Below, piece after piece: positions 14,201 to 27,089 of a stretch of DNA of 64,000 bases. Source of the stretch: Eledone cirrhosa (Eukaryota); the NCBI GenBank assembly GCA_964016885.1, contig CAXHJY010000184.1:186001-250000 (forward strand). The letters are read 5' to 3'. Under the pieces are notes generated by a model. That model worked only from the letters and a program-made list of their open reading frames with translations, was not told where the DNA came from and did no database searches. The position numbers and the translations under genes were made by a program. Numbering within the stretch: the stretch's first letter is position 1; every line of letters starts with the position of its first letter.

Positions 14201-15130
14201 TTCCCAGTCACTACAGGACTTTAGTCTTTCCCAATCACTACAGGACTATAGTCTTTCCCAGTCACTACAGGACTATAGTCTTTCCCAGTCACTACAGGAC
14301 TATAGTCTTTCCCAATCACTACAGGACTATAGTCTTTCCCAGTCACTACAGGACTATAGTCTTTGCCAGTCACTACAGGACTATAGTCTTTCCCAGTCAC
14401 TACAGGACTATAGTCTTTCCCAGTCACTACAGGACTATAGTCTTTCCCAGTCACTACAGGACTATAGTCTTTCCCAGTCACTACAGGACTATAGTCTTTC
14501 CCAGTCACTACAGGACTATAGTCTTTCCCAGTCACTACAGGACTATAGTCCTTCCCAGTCGCTACAGGACTATAGTCTTTCCCAATCACTACAGGACTAT
14601 AGTCTTTCCCAGTCACTACAGGACTATAGTCTTTCCCAATCACTACAGGACTATAGTCTTTCCCAGTCACTACAGGACTACATTCTTTCCCAGTCACTAC
14701 AGGACTATAGTCATTCCCAGTCACTACAGGACTATAGTCTTTCCCAATCACTACAGGACTATAGTCTTTCCCAGTCACTACAGGACTACATTCTTTCCCA
14801 GTCACTACAGGACTATAGTCCTTCCCAGTCACTACAGGACTATAGTCTTTCCCAATCACCACAGGACTATAGTCTTTCCCAGTCACTACAGGACTATAGT
14901 CTTTCCCAATCACTACAGGACTATAGTCTTTCCCAGTCACTACAAGACTATAGTCTTTCCCAGTCACTACAAGACTATAGTCTTGCCCAGTCAGTCACTA
15001 CAGGACTATAGTCTTTTCCAGTCACTACAGGACTATAGTCTTTCCCAGTCACTACAGGACTATAGTCTTTCCCAGTCACTACAGGACTATAGTCTTTCCC
15101 AGTCACTACAGGACTATAGTTTTTCCCAGT
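5300..15130 (+). repeat. About 4.9-kb higher-order tandem duplication (2 copies, plus a partial upstream copy at about 2.1-4.3 kb)
   Basis: Rare markers recur at +4893 (ATGACTACAGAC 6188/11081; 1-bp deletions near 7303/12196 and 7790/12683). They then recur at +4947 (31-mers 8751/13698 and 10024/14971; ACTTTAG 9271/14218; CTTTGCC near 9414/14361). Confidence 0.9.
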
Positions 15131-16110
15131 CACTACAGGACTATAGTCTTTTCCAATCACTACAGGACTACATTCTTTCCCAGTCACTACAGGACTATAG
15201 TCTTTCCCAGTCACTACAGGACTATAGTCTTTCCCAGTCACTACAGGACTATAGTCTTTCCCAGTCACTACAGGACTATAGTTTTTCCCAGTCACTACAG
15301 GACTATAGTCTTTCCCAATCACTACAGGACTATAGTCTTTCCCAATCACTACAGGACTATAGTCTTTCCCAATCAATACAAGACTATAGTCTTTCCCAGT
15401 CACTACAGGACTATAGTCTTTCCCAATCACTACAGGACTATAGTCTTTCCCAATCACTACAGGACTATAGTCTTTCCCAGTCACTACAGGACTATAGTCT
15501 TTCCCAGTCACTACAGGACTATAGTCTTTCCCAGTCACTACAGGACTATAGTCTTTCCCAGTCACTACAAGACTATAGTCTTTCCCAATCACTACAGGAC
15601 TATAGTCTTTCCCAATCACTACAGGACTATAGTCTTTCCCAGTCACTACAGGACTATAGTCTTTCCCAGTCACTACAGGACTATAGTCTTTCCCAGTCAC
15701 TACAGGACTATAGTCTTTCCCAATCACTACAGGACTATAGTCTTTCCCAGTCACTACAGGACTATAGTCTTTCCCAGTCACTACAAGACTATAGTCTTTC
15801 CCAGTCACTACAGGATTATAGTCTTTCCCAATCACTACAGGACTATAGTCTTTCCCAGTCACTACAGGACTATAGTCTTTCCCAATCACTACAGGACTAT
15901 AGTCTTTCCCAGTCACTACAGGACTATAGTCTTTCCCAGTCACTACAGGACTATAGTCTTTCCCAGTCACTACAGGACTATAGTCTTTCCCAGTCACTAC
16001 AGGACTATAGTCTTTCCCAGTCACTACAGGACTATAGTCTTTCCCAATCACTACAGGACTATAGTCTTTCCCAGTCACTACAGGACTATAGTCTTTCCCA
16101 GTCACTACAA

Positions 16111-19100
16111 GACTATAGTCTTTCCCAGTCACTACAGGACTATAGTCTTTCCCAATCACTACAGGACTATAGTCTTTCCCAGTCACTACAGGACTATAGT
16201 CCTTCCCAGTCACTACAGGACTATAGTCTTTCCCAGTCACTACAGGACTATAGTCTTTCCCAGTCACTACAGGACTATAGTCTTTCCCAGTCACTACAAG
16301 ACTATAGTCTTTCCCAATCACTACAGGACTATAGTCTTTCCCAATCACTACAGGACTATAGTCTTTCCCAATCACTACAGGACTATAGTCTTTCCCAGTC
16401 ACTACAGGACTATAGTCTTTCCCAGTCACTACAGGACTATAGTCTTTCCCAGTCACTACAAGACTATAGTCTTTCCCAATCACTACAGGACTATAGTCTT
16501 TCCCAGTCACTACAGGACTATAGTCTTTCCCAATCACTACAGGACTATAGTCTTTCCCAGTCACTACAAGACTATAGTCTTTCCCAATCACTACAGGACT
16601 ATAGTCTTTCCCAATCACTACAGGACTATAGTCTTTCCCAGTCACTACAGGACTATAGTCTTTCCCAGTCACTATAGGACTATAGTATTTCCCAGTCACT
16701 ACAGGACTATAGTCTTTCCCAGTCACTACAGGACTATAGTCTTTCCCAATCACTACAGGACTATAGTCTTTCCCAGTCACTACAGGACTATAGTCTTTCC
16801 CAGTCACTACAGGACTATAGTCTTTCCCAGTCACTACAGGACTATAGTCTTTCCCAGTCACTACAGGACTATAGTCTTTTCCAATAACTACAGGACTATA
16901 GACTTTCCCAGTCACTACAGGACTATAGTCTTTCCCAGTCACTACAAGACTATAGTCTTTCCCAGTCACTACAGGACTATAGTCTTTCCCAATCACTACA
17001 GGACTATAGTCTTTCCCAGTCACTACAGGACTATAGTCTTTCCCAGTCACTACAGGACTATAGTCTTTCCCAGTCACTACAGGACTATAGTCTTTCCCAG
17101 TCACTACAGGACTATAGTCTTTCCCAGTCACTACAGGACTATAGTTTTTCCCAGTCACTACAAGACTATAGTCTTTCCCAATCACTACAGGACTATAGTC
17201 TTTCCCAATCACTACAGGACTATAGTCTTTCCCAATCACTACAGGACTATAGTCTTTCCCAGTCACTACAGGACTATAGTCTTTCCCAGTCACTACAAGA
17301 CTATAGTCTTTCCCAATCACTACAGGACTATAGACTTTCCCAATCACTACAGGACTATAGTCTTTCCCAATCACTACAAGACTATAGTCTTTCCCAGTCA
17401 CTACAGGACTATAGTCTTTCCCAGTTACTACAGGACTATAGTCTTTCCCAGTCAATACAGGACTATAGTCTTTCCCAGTCACTACAGGACTATAGTCTTT
17501 CCCAGTCACTACAGGACTATAGTCTTTCCCAGTCACTACAGGACTATAGTCTTTACCAGTCACTACAGGGCTATAGTCTTTCACAGTCACTACAGGACTA
17601 TAGTCTTTCCCAATCACTACAGGACTACATTCTTTCCCAGTCACTACAGGACTATAGTCTTTCCCAGTCACTACAGGACTACATTCTTTCCCAGTCACTA
17701 CAGGACTATAGTCTTTCCCAGTCACTACAGGACTATAGTCTTTCCCAATCACTACAGGACTATAGTCTTTCCCAGTCACTACAGGACTACATTCTTTCCC
17801 AGTCACTACAGGACTATAGTCTTTCCCAATCACTACAGGACTATAGTCTTTCCCAGTCACTACAGGACTACATTCTTTCCCAGTCACTACAGGAGTATAG
17901 TCTATCCCAATCACTACAGGACTATAGTCTTTCCCAGTCACTACAGGACTACATTCTTTCCCAGTCACTACAGGACTATAGTCTTTCCCAGTCAGTACAG
18001 GACTATAGTCTTTCCCAGTCACTACAGGACTATAGTCTTTCCCAATCACTACAGGACTATAGTCTTTCCCAGTCACTACAGGACTATAGTCCTTCCCAGT
18101 CACTACAGGACTATAGTCTTTCCCAGTCACTACAGGACTATAGTCTTTCCCAGTCACTACAGGACTATAGTCTTTCCCAGTCACTACAAGACTATAGTCT
18201 TTCCCAATCACTACAGGACTATAGTCTTTCCCAATCACTACAGGACTATAGTCTTTCCCAATCACTACAGGACTATAGTCTTTCCCAGTCACTACAGGAC
18301 TATAGTCTTTCCCAGTCACTACAGGACTATAGTCTTTCCCAGTCACTACAAGACTATAGTCTTTCCCAATCACTACAGGACTATAGTCTTTCCCAGTCAC
18401 TACAGGACTATAGTCTTTCCCAATCACTACAGGACTATAGTCTTTCCCAGTCACTACAAGACTATAGTCTTTCCCAATCACTACAGGACTATAGTCTTTC
18501 CCAATCACTACAGGACTATAGTCTTTCCCAGTCACTACAGGACTATAGTCTTTCCCAGTCACTATAGGACTATAGTATTTCCCAGTCACTACAGGACTAT
18601 AGTCTTTCCCAGTCACTACAGGACTATAGTCTTTCCCAATCACTACAGGACTATAGTCTTTCCCAGTCACTACAGGACTATAGTCTTTCCCAGTCACTAC
18701 AGGACTATAGTCTTTCCCAGTCACTACAGGACTATAGTCTTTCCCAGTCACTACAGGACTATAGTCTTTTCCAATAACTACAGGACTATAGACTTTCCCA
18801 GTCACTACAGGACTATAGTCTTTCCCAGTCACTACAAGACTATAGTCTTTCCCAGTCACTACAGGACTATAGTCTTTCCCAATCACTACAGGACTATAGT
18901 CTTTCCCAGTCACTACAGGACTATAGTCTTTCCCAGTCACTACAGGACTATAGTCTTTCCCAGTCACTACAGGACTATAGTCTTTCCCAGTCACTACAGG
19001 ACTATAGTCTTTCCCAGTCACTACAGGACTATAGTTTTTCCCAGTCACTACAAGACTATAGTCTTTCCCAATCACTACAGGACTATAGTCTTTCCCAATC

Positions 19101-19976
19101 ACTACAGGACTATAGTCTTTCCCAATCACTACAGGACTATAGTCTTTCCCAGTCACTACAGGACTATAGTCTTTCCCAGTCACTACAAGACTATAGTCTT
19201 TCCCAATCACTACAGGACTATAGACTTTCCCAATCACTACAGGACTATAGTCTTTCCCAATCACTACAAGACTATAGTCTTTCCCAGTCACTACAGGACT
19301 ATAGTCTTTCCCAGTTACTACAGGACTATAGTCTTTCCCAGTCAATACAGGACTATAGTCTTTCCCAGTCACTACAGGACTATAGTCTTTCCCAGTCACT
19401 ACAGGACTATAGTCTTTCCCAGTCACTACAGGACTATAGTCTTTACCAGTCACTACAGGGCTATAGTCTTTCACAGTCACTACAGGACTATAGTCTTTCC
19501 CAATCACTACAGGACTACATTCTTTCCCAGTCACTACAGGACTATAGTCTTTCCCAGTCACTACAGGACTACATTCTTTCCCAGTCACTACAGGACTATA
19601 GTCTTTCCCAGTCACTACAGGACTATAGTCTTTCCCAATCACTACAGGACTATAGTCTTTCCCAGTCACTACAGGACTACATTCTTTCCCAGTCACTACA
19701 GGACTATAGTCTTTCCCAATCACTACAGGACTATAGTCTTTCCCAGTCACTACAGGACTACATTCTTTCCCAGTCACTACAGGAGTATAGTCTATCCCAA
19801 TCACTACAGGACTATAGTCTTTCCCAGTCACTACAGGACTACATTCTTTCCCAGTCACTACAGGACTATAGTCTTTCCCAGTCAGTACAGGACTATAGTC
19901 TTTCCCAGTCACTACAGGACTATAGTCTTTCCCAATCACTACAGGACTATAGTCTTTCCCAGTCACTACAGGACTA
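16111..19976 (+). repeat. 1,890-bp (70-monomer) tandem duplication
   Basis: CCTTCCC at 16201/18091, CCAATAACTA at 16881/18771 and GTCAGTACAG at 17991/19881 are all offset by exactly 1890 = 70 x 27. Confidence 0.92.
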
Positions 19977-22900
19977 CATTCTTTCCCAGTCACTACAGGA
20001 GTATAGTCTATCCCAATCACTACAGGACTATAGTCTTTCCCAGTCACTACAGGACTACATTCTTTCCCAGTCACTACAGGACTATAGTCTTTCCCAATCA
20101 CCACAGGACTATAGTCTTTCCCAGTCACTACAGGACTATAGTCTTTCCCAGTCACTACAGGACTATAGTCTTTCCCAGTCACTACAGGACTATAGTCTTT
20201 CCCAGTCACTACATGACTATAGTCTTTCCCAGTCACTACAAGACTATAGTCTTTCCCAGTCACTACAGGATTATAGTCTTTCCCAATCACTACAGGACTA
20301 TAGTCTTTCCCAGTCACTACAGGACTATAGTCTTTCCCAGTCACTCCAGGACTATAGTCTTTCCCAATCACTACAGGACTATAGTCTTTCCCAGTCACTA
20401 CAGGACTATAGTCTTTCCCAGTCACTACAGGACTATAGTCTTTCCCAAACACTACAGGACTATAGTCTTTCCCAATCACTACAGGACTATAGTCTTTCCC
20501 AGTCACTACAGGACTATAGTCTTTCCCAGTCACTACAGCACTATAGTCTTTCCCAGTCACTACAGGACTATAGTCTTTCCCAATCACTACAGGACTATAG
20601 TCTTTCCCAGTCACTACAGGACTATAGTCTTTCCCAGTCACTACAAGACTATAGTCTTTCCCAATCACTACAGGACTATAATCTTTCCCAATCACTACAG
20701 GACTATAGTCTTTCCCAATCACTACAAGACTATAGTCTTTCCCAGTCACTACAGGACTATAGTCTTTCCCAGTTACTACAGGACTATAGTCTTTCCCAGT
20801 CACTACAGGACTATAGTCTTTCCCAGTCACTACAGCGCTATAGTCTTTCCCAGTCACTACAGGACTATAGTCTTTCCCAGTCACTACAGGACTATAGTCT
20901 TTCCCAGTCAATACAGGGCTATAGTCTTTCCCAGTCACTACAGGACTACATTCGTTCCCAGTCACTACAGGACTATAGTCTTTCCCAGTCACTACAGGAC
21001 TATAGTCTTTCCCAGTCACTACAGGACTATAGTCTTTCCCAGTCACTACAGGACTATAGTCTTTCCCAATCACTACAGGACTATAGTCTTTCCCAGTCAC
21101 TACAGGACTACATTCTTTCCCAGTCACTACAGGACTATAGTCTTTCCCAATCACTACAGGACTATAGTCTTTCCCAGTCACTACAGGACTACATTCTTTC
21201 CCAGTCACTACAGGACTATAGTCTTTCCCAGTCACTACAGGACTATAGTCTTTCCCAGTCACTACAGGACTATAGTCTTTCCCAGTCACTACAGGACTAT
21301 AGTCTTTCCCAATCACTACAGGACTATAGTCTTTCCCAGTCACTACAGGACTACATTCTTTCCCAGTCACTACAGGACTATAGTCTTTCCCAATCACCAC
21401 AGGACTATAGTCTTTCCCAGTCACTACAGGACTATAGTCTTTCCCAATCACTACAGGACTATAGTCTTTCCCAGTCACTACAAGACTATAGTCTTTCCCA
21501 GTCACTACAAGACTATAGTCTTGCCCAGTCAGTCACTACAGGACTATAGTCTTTCCCAGTCACTACAGGACTATAGTCTTTCCCAGTCACTACAGGACTA
21601 TAGTCTTTCCCAGTCACTACAGGACTATAGTCTTTCCCAATCACTACAGGACTACATTCTTTCCCAGTCACTACAGGACTATAGTCTTTCCCAGTGACTA
21701 CAGGACTATAGTCTTTCCCAGTCACTACAGGACTATAGTCTTTCCCAGTCACTACAGGACTATAGTTTTTCCCAGTCACTACAGGACTATAGTCTTTCCC
21801 AATCACTACAGGACTATAGTCTTTCCCAATCACTACAGGACTATAGTCTTTCCCAATCACTACAGGACTATAGTCTTTCCCAGTCACTACAGGACTATAG
21901 TCATTCCCAGTCACTACAGGACTATAGTCTTTCCCAGTCACTACAGGACTACATTCTTTCCCAGTCACTACAGGACTATAGTCTTTCCCAATCACTACAG
22001 GACTATAGTCTTTCCCAGTCACTACAGGACTATAGTCTTTCCCAGTCACTACAGGACTATAGTCTTTCCCAATCACTACAGGACTATAGTCTTTCCCAGT
22101 CACTACAGGACTATAGTCTTTCCCAGTCACTACAGGACTATAGTCTTTCCCAGTCACTACAGGACTATAGTCTTTCCGAGTCGCTACAGGACTATAGTCT
22201 TTCCCAGTCACTACAGGACTATAGTCTTTCCCACTCACTACAGGACTATAGTCTTTCCCAGTCACTACAGGACTATAGTCTTTCCCAGTCACTACAGGAC
22301 TATAGTCCTTCCCAGTCGCTACAGGACTATAGTCTTTCCCAATCACTACAGGACTATAGTCTTTCCCAGTCACTACAGGACTATAGTCTTTCCCAATCAC
22401 TACAGGACTATAGTCTTTCCCTGTCACTACAGGACTACATTCTTTCCCAGTCACTACAGGACTATAGTCTTTCCCAGTCACTACAGGACTATAGTCTTTC
22501 CCAATCACTACAGGACTATAGTCTTTCCCAGTCACTACAGGACTACATTCTTTCCCGGTCACTACAGGACTATAGTTCTTCCCAGTCACTACAGGACTAT
22601 AGTCTTTCCCAATCACCACAGGACTATAGTCTTTCCCAGTCACTACAGGACTATAGTCTTTCCCAATCACTACAGGACTATAGTATTTCCCAGTCACTAC
22701 AGGACTATAGTCTTTCCCAGTCACTACAGGACTATAGTCTTTCCCAGTCACTACAGGACTATAGTCTTTCCCAGTCACTACAGGACTATAGTCTTTTCCA
22801 ATCACTACAGGACTACATTCTTTCCCAGTCACTACAGGACTATAGTCTTTCCCAGTCACTACAGGACTATAGTCTTTCCCAGTCACTACAGGACTATAGT

Positions 22901-25900
22901 CTTTCCCAGTCACTACAGGACTATAGTCTTTTCCAATCACTACAGGACTACATTCTTTCCCAGTCACTACAGGACTATAGTCTTTCCCAGTCACTACAGG
23001 ACTATAGTCTTTCCCAGTCACTACAGGACTATAGTCTTTCCCAGTCACTAGAGGACTATAGTTTTTCCCAGTCACTACAGGACTATAGTCTTTCCCAATC
23101 ACTACAGGACTATAGTCTTTCCCAATCACTACAGGACTATAGTCTTTCCCAATCACTACAAGACTATAGTCTTTCCCAGTCACTACAGGACTATAGTCTT
23201 TCCCAATCACTACAGGACTATAGTCTTTCCCAATCACTACAGGACTATAGTCTTTCCCAGTCACTACAGGACTATAGTCTTTCCCAGTCACTACAGGACT
23301 ATAGTCTTTCCCAGTCACTACAGGACTATAGTCTTTCCCAGTCACTACAAGACTATAGTCTTTCCCAATCACTACAGGACTATAGTCTTTCCCAATCACT
23401 ACAGGACTATAGTCTTTCCCAGTCACTACAGGACTATAGTCTTTCCCAGTCACTACAGGACTATAGTCTTTCCCAGTCACTACAGGACTATAGTCTTTCC
23501 CAATCACTACAGGACTATAGTCTTTCCCATTCACTACAGGACTACATTCTTTCCCAGTCACTACAGGACTATAGTCTTTCCCAGTCACTACAGGACTATA
23601 GTCTTTCCCAGTCACTACAGGACTATAGACTTTCCCAATCACTACAAGACTATAGTCTTTCCCAGTCACTACAGGACTATAGTCTTTCCCAGTCACTACA
23701 GGACTATAGTCTTTCCCAGTCACTACAGGACTATAGTCTTTCCCAGTCACTACAGGACTATAGTCTTTCCCAGTCACTACAGGACTATAGTCTTTCCCAG
23801 TCACTACAGGACTATAGTCTTTCCCAGTCACTACAGGACTATAGTATTTCCCAGTCACTACAGGACTATAGTCTTTCCCAGTCACTACAGGACTATAGTC
23901 TTTCCCAGTCACTACAGGGCTATAGTCTTTCCCAGTCACTACAGGACTACAGTCTTTCCCAGTCACTACAGGACTATAGTCTTTCCCAGTCACTACAGGA
24001 CTATAGTCTTTCGCAGTCACTACAGGACTATAGTCTTTCCCAATCACTACAGGACTATAGTCTTTCCCAATCACTACAGGACTATAGTCTTTCCCAGTCA
24101 CTGCAGGACTATAGTCTTTCCCAATCACTACAGGACTATAGTCTTTCCCAATCACTACAGGACTATAGTCTTTCCCAGTCACTACAAGACTATAGTCTTT
24201 CCCAATCACTACAGGACTATAGTCTTTCCCAATCACTACAGGACTATAGTCTTTCCCAGTCACTACAGGACTATAGTCTTTCCCAGTCACTACAGGACTA
24301 TAGTATTTCCCAGTCACTACAGGACTATAGTCTTTCCCAGTCACTACAGGACTATAGTCTTTCCCAGTCACTACAGGGCTATAGTCTTTCCCAGTCACTA
24401 CATGACTACAGACTTTCCCAGTCACTATAGGACTATAGTCTTTCCCAGTCACTACAGGACTATAGTCTTTCCCAGTCACTACAGGACTATAGTCTTTCCC
24501 AGTCACTACAGGACTATAGTCTTTCCCAGTCACTACAGGACTATAGTCTTTCCCAGTCACTACAGGACTATAGTCTTTCCCAGTCACTACAGGACTATAG
24601 TATTTCCCAGTCACTACAGGACTATAGTCTTTCCCAGTCACTACAGGACTATAGTCTTTCCCAGTCACTACAGGGCTATAGTCTTTCCCAGTCACTACAG
24701 GACTACAGTCTTTCCCAGTCACTACAGGACTATAGTCTTTCCCAGTCACTACAGGACTATAGTCTTTCGCAGTCACTACAGGACTATAGTCTTTCCCAAT
24801 CACTACAGGACTATAGTCTTTCCCAATCACTACAGGACTATAGTCTTTCCCAATCACTACAGGACTATAGTCTTTCCCAATCACTACAGGACTATAGTCT
24901 TTCCCAGTCACTACAGGACTATAGTCTTTCCCAGTCACTACAGGACTATAGTCTTTCCCAGTCACTACAGGACTATAGTCTTTCCCAATCACTACAGGAC
25001 TATAGTCTTTCCCAGTCACTACAGGACTACATTCTTTCCCAGTCACTACAGGACTATAGTCTTTCCCAGTCACTATAGGACTATAGTCTTTCCCAGTCAC
25101 TACAGGACTATAGACTTTCCCAATCACTACAAGACTATAGTCTTTCCCAGTCACTACAGGACTATAGTCTTTCCCAGTCACTACAGGACTATAGTCTTTC
25201 CCAGTCACTACAGGACTATAGTCTTTCCCAGTCACTACAGGACTATAGTCTTTCCCAGTCACTACAGGACTATAGTCTTTCCCAGTCACTACAGGACTAT
25301 AGTCTTTCCCAGTCACTACAGGACTATAGTATTTCCCAGTCACTACAGGACTATAGTCTTTCCCAGTCACTACAGGACTATAGTCTTTCCCAGTCACTAC
25401 AGGGCTATAGTCTTTCCCAGTCACTACAGGACTACAGTCTTTCCCAGTCACTACAGGACTATAGTCTTTCCCAATCACTACAGGACTATAGTCTTTCCCA
25501 GTCACTACAAGACTATAGTCTTTCCCAATCACTACAGGACTATAGTCTTTCCCAATCACTACAGGACTATAGTCTTTCCCAGTCACTACAGGACTATAGT
25601 CTTTCCCAGTCACTACAGGACTATAGTATTTCCCAGTCACTACAGGACTATAGTCTTTCCCAGTCACTACAGGACTATAGTCTTTCCCAGTCACTACAGG
25701 GCTATAGTCTTTCCCAGTCACTACATGACTACAGACTTTCCCAGTCACTACAGGACTATAGTCTTTCCCAGTCACTACAGGACTATAGTCTTTCCCAGTC
25801 ACTACAGGACTATAGTCTTTCCCAATCACTACAGGACTATAGTCTTTCCCAGTCACTACAGGACTATAGTCTTTCCCAGTCACTACAAGACTATAGTCTT

Positions 25901-27089
25901 TCCCAGTCACTACAGGATTATAGTCTTTCCCAATCACTACAGGACTATAGTCTTTCCCAGTCACTACAGGACTATAGTCTTTCCCAGTCACTACAGGACT
26001 ATAGTCTTTCCCAATCACTACAGGACTATAGTCTTTCCCAGTCACTACAGGACTATAGTCTTTCCCAGTCACTACAGGACTATAGTCTTTCCCAGTCACT
26101 ACAGGACTATAGTCTTTCCCAGTCACTACAGGACTATAGTCTTTCCCAGTCACTACAGGACTATAGTCTTTCCGAATCACTACAGGACTATAGTCTTTCC
26201 CAGTCACTACAGGACTATAGTCTTTCCCAGTCACTACAAGACTATAGTCTTTCCCAGTCACTACAGGACTATAGTCTTTCCCAATCACTACAGGACTATA
26301 GTCTTTCCCAGTCACTACAGGACTATAGTCTTTCCCAGTCACTACAGGACTATAGTCTTTCCCAGTCACTACAGGACTATAGTCTTTCCCAGTCACTACA
26401 GGACTATAGTCTTTCCCAGTCACTACAGGACTATAGTCTTTCCCAGTCACTACAAGACTATAGTCTTTCCCAATCACTACAGGACTATAGTCTTTCCCAA
26501 TCACTACAGGACTATAGTCTTTCCCAATCACTACAGGACTATAGTCTTTCCCAGTCACTACAGGACTATAGTCTTTCCCAGTCACTACAGGACTATAGTC
26601 TTTCCCAGTCACTACAAGACTATAGTCTTTCCCAATCACTACAGGACTATAGTCTTTCCCAGTCACTACAGGACTATAGTCTTTCCCAATCACTACAGGA
26701 CTATAGTCTTTCCCAGTCACTACAAGACTATAGTCTTTCCCAATCACTACAGGACTATAGTCTTTCCCAATCACTACAGGACTATAGTCTTTCCCAGTCA
26801 CTACAGGACTATAGTCTTTCCCAGTCACTACAGGACTATAGTATTTCCCAGTCACTACAGGACTATAGTCTTTCCCAGTCACTACAGGACTATAGTCTTT
26901 CCCAGTCACTACAGGGCTATAGTCTTTCCCAGTCACTACATGACTACAGACTTTACCAGTCACTACAGGACTATAGTCTTTCCCAGTCACTACAGGACTA
27001 TAGTCTTTCCCAGTCACTACAGGACTATAGTCTTTCCCAATCACTACAGGACTATAGTCTTTCCCAGTCACTACAGGACTATAGTCTTT

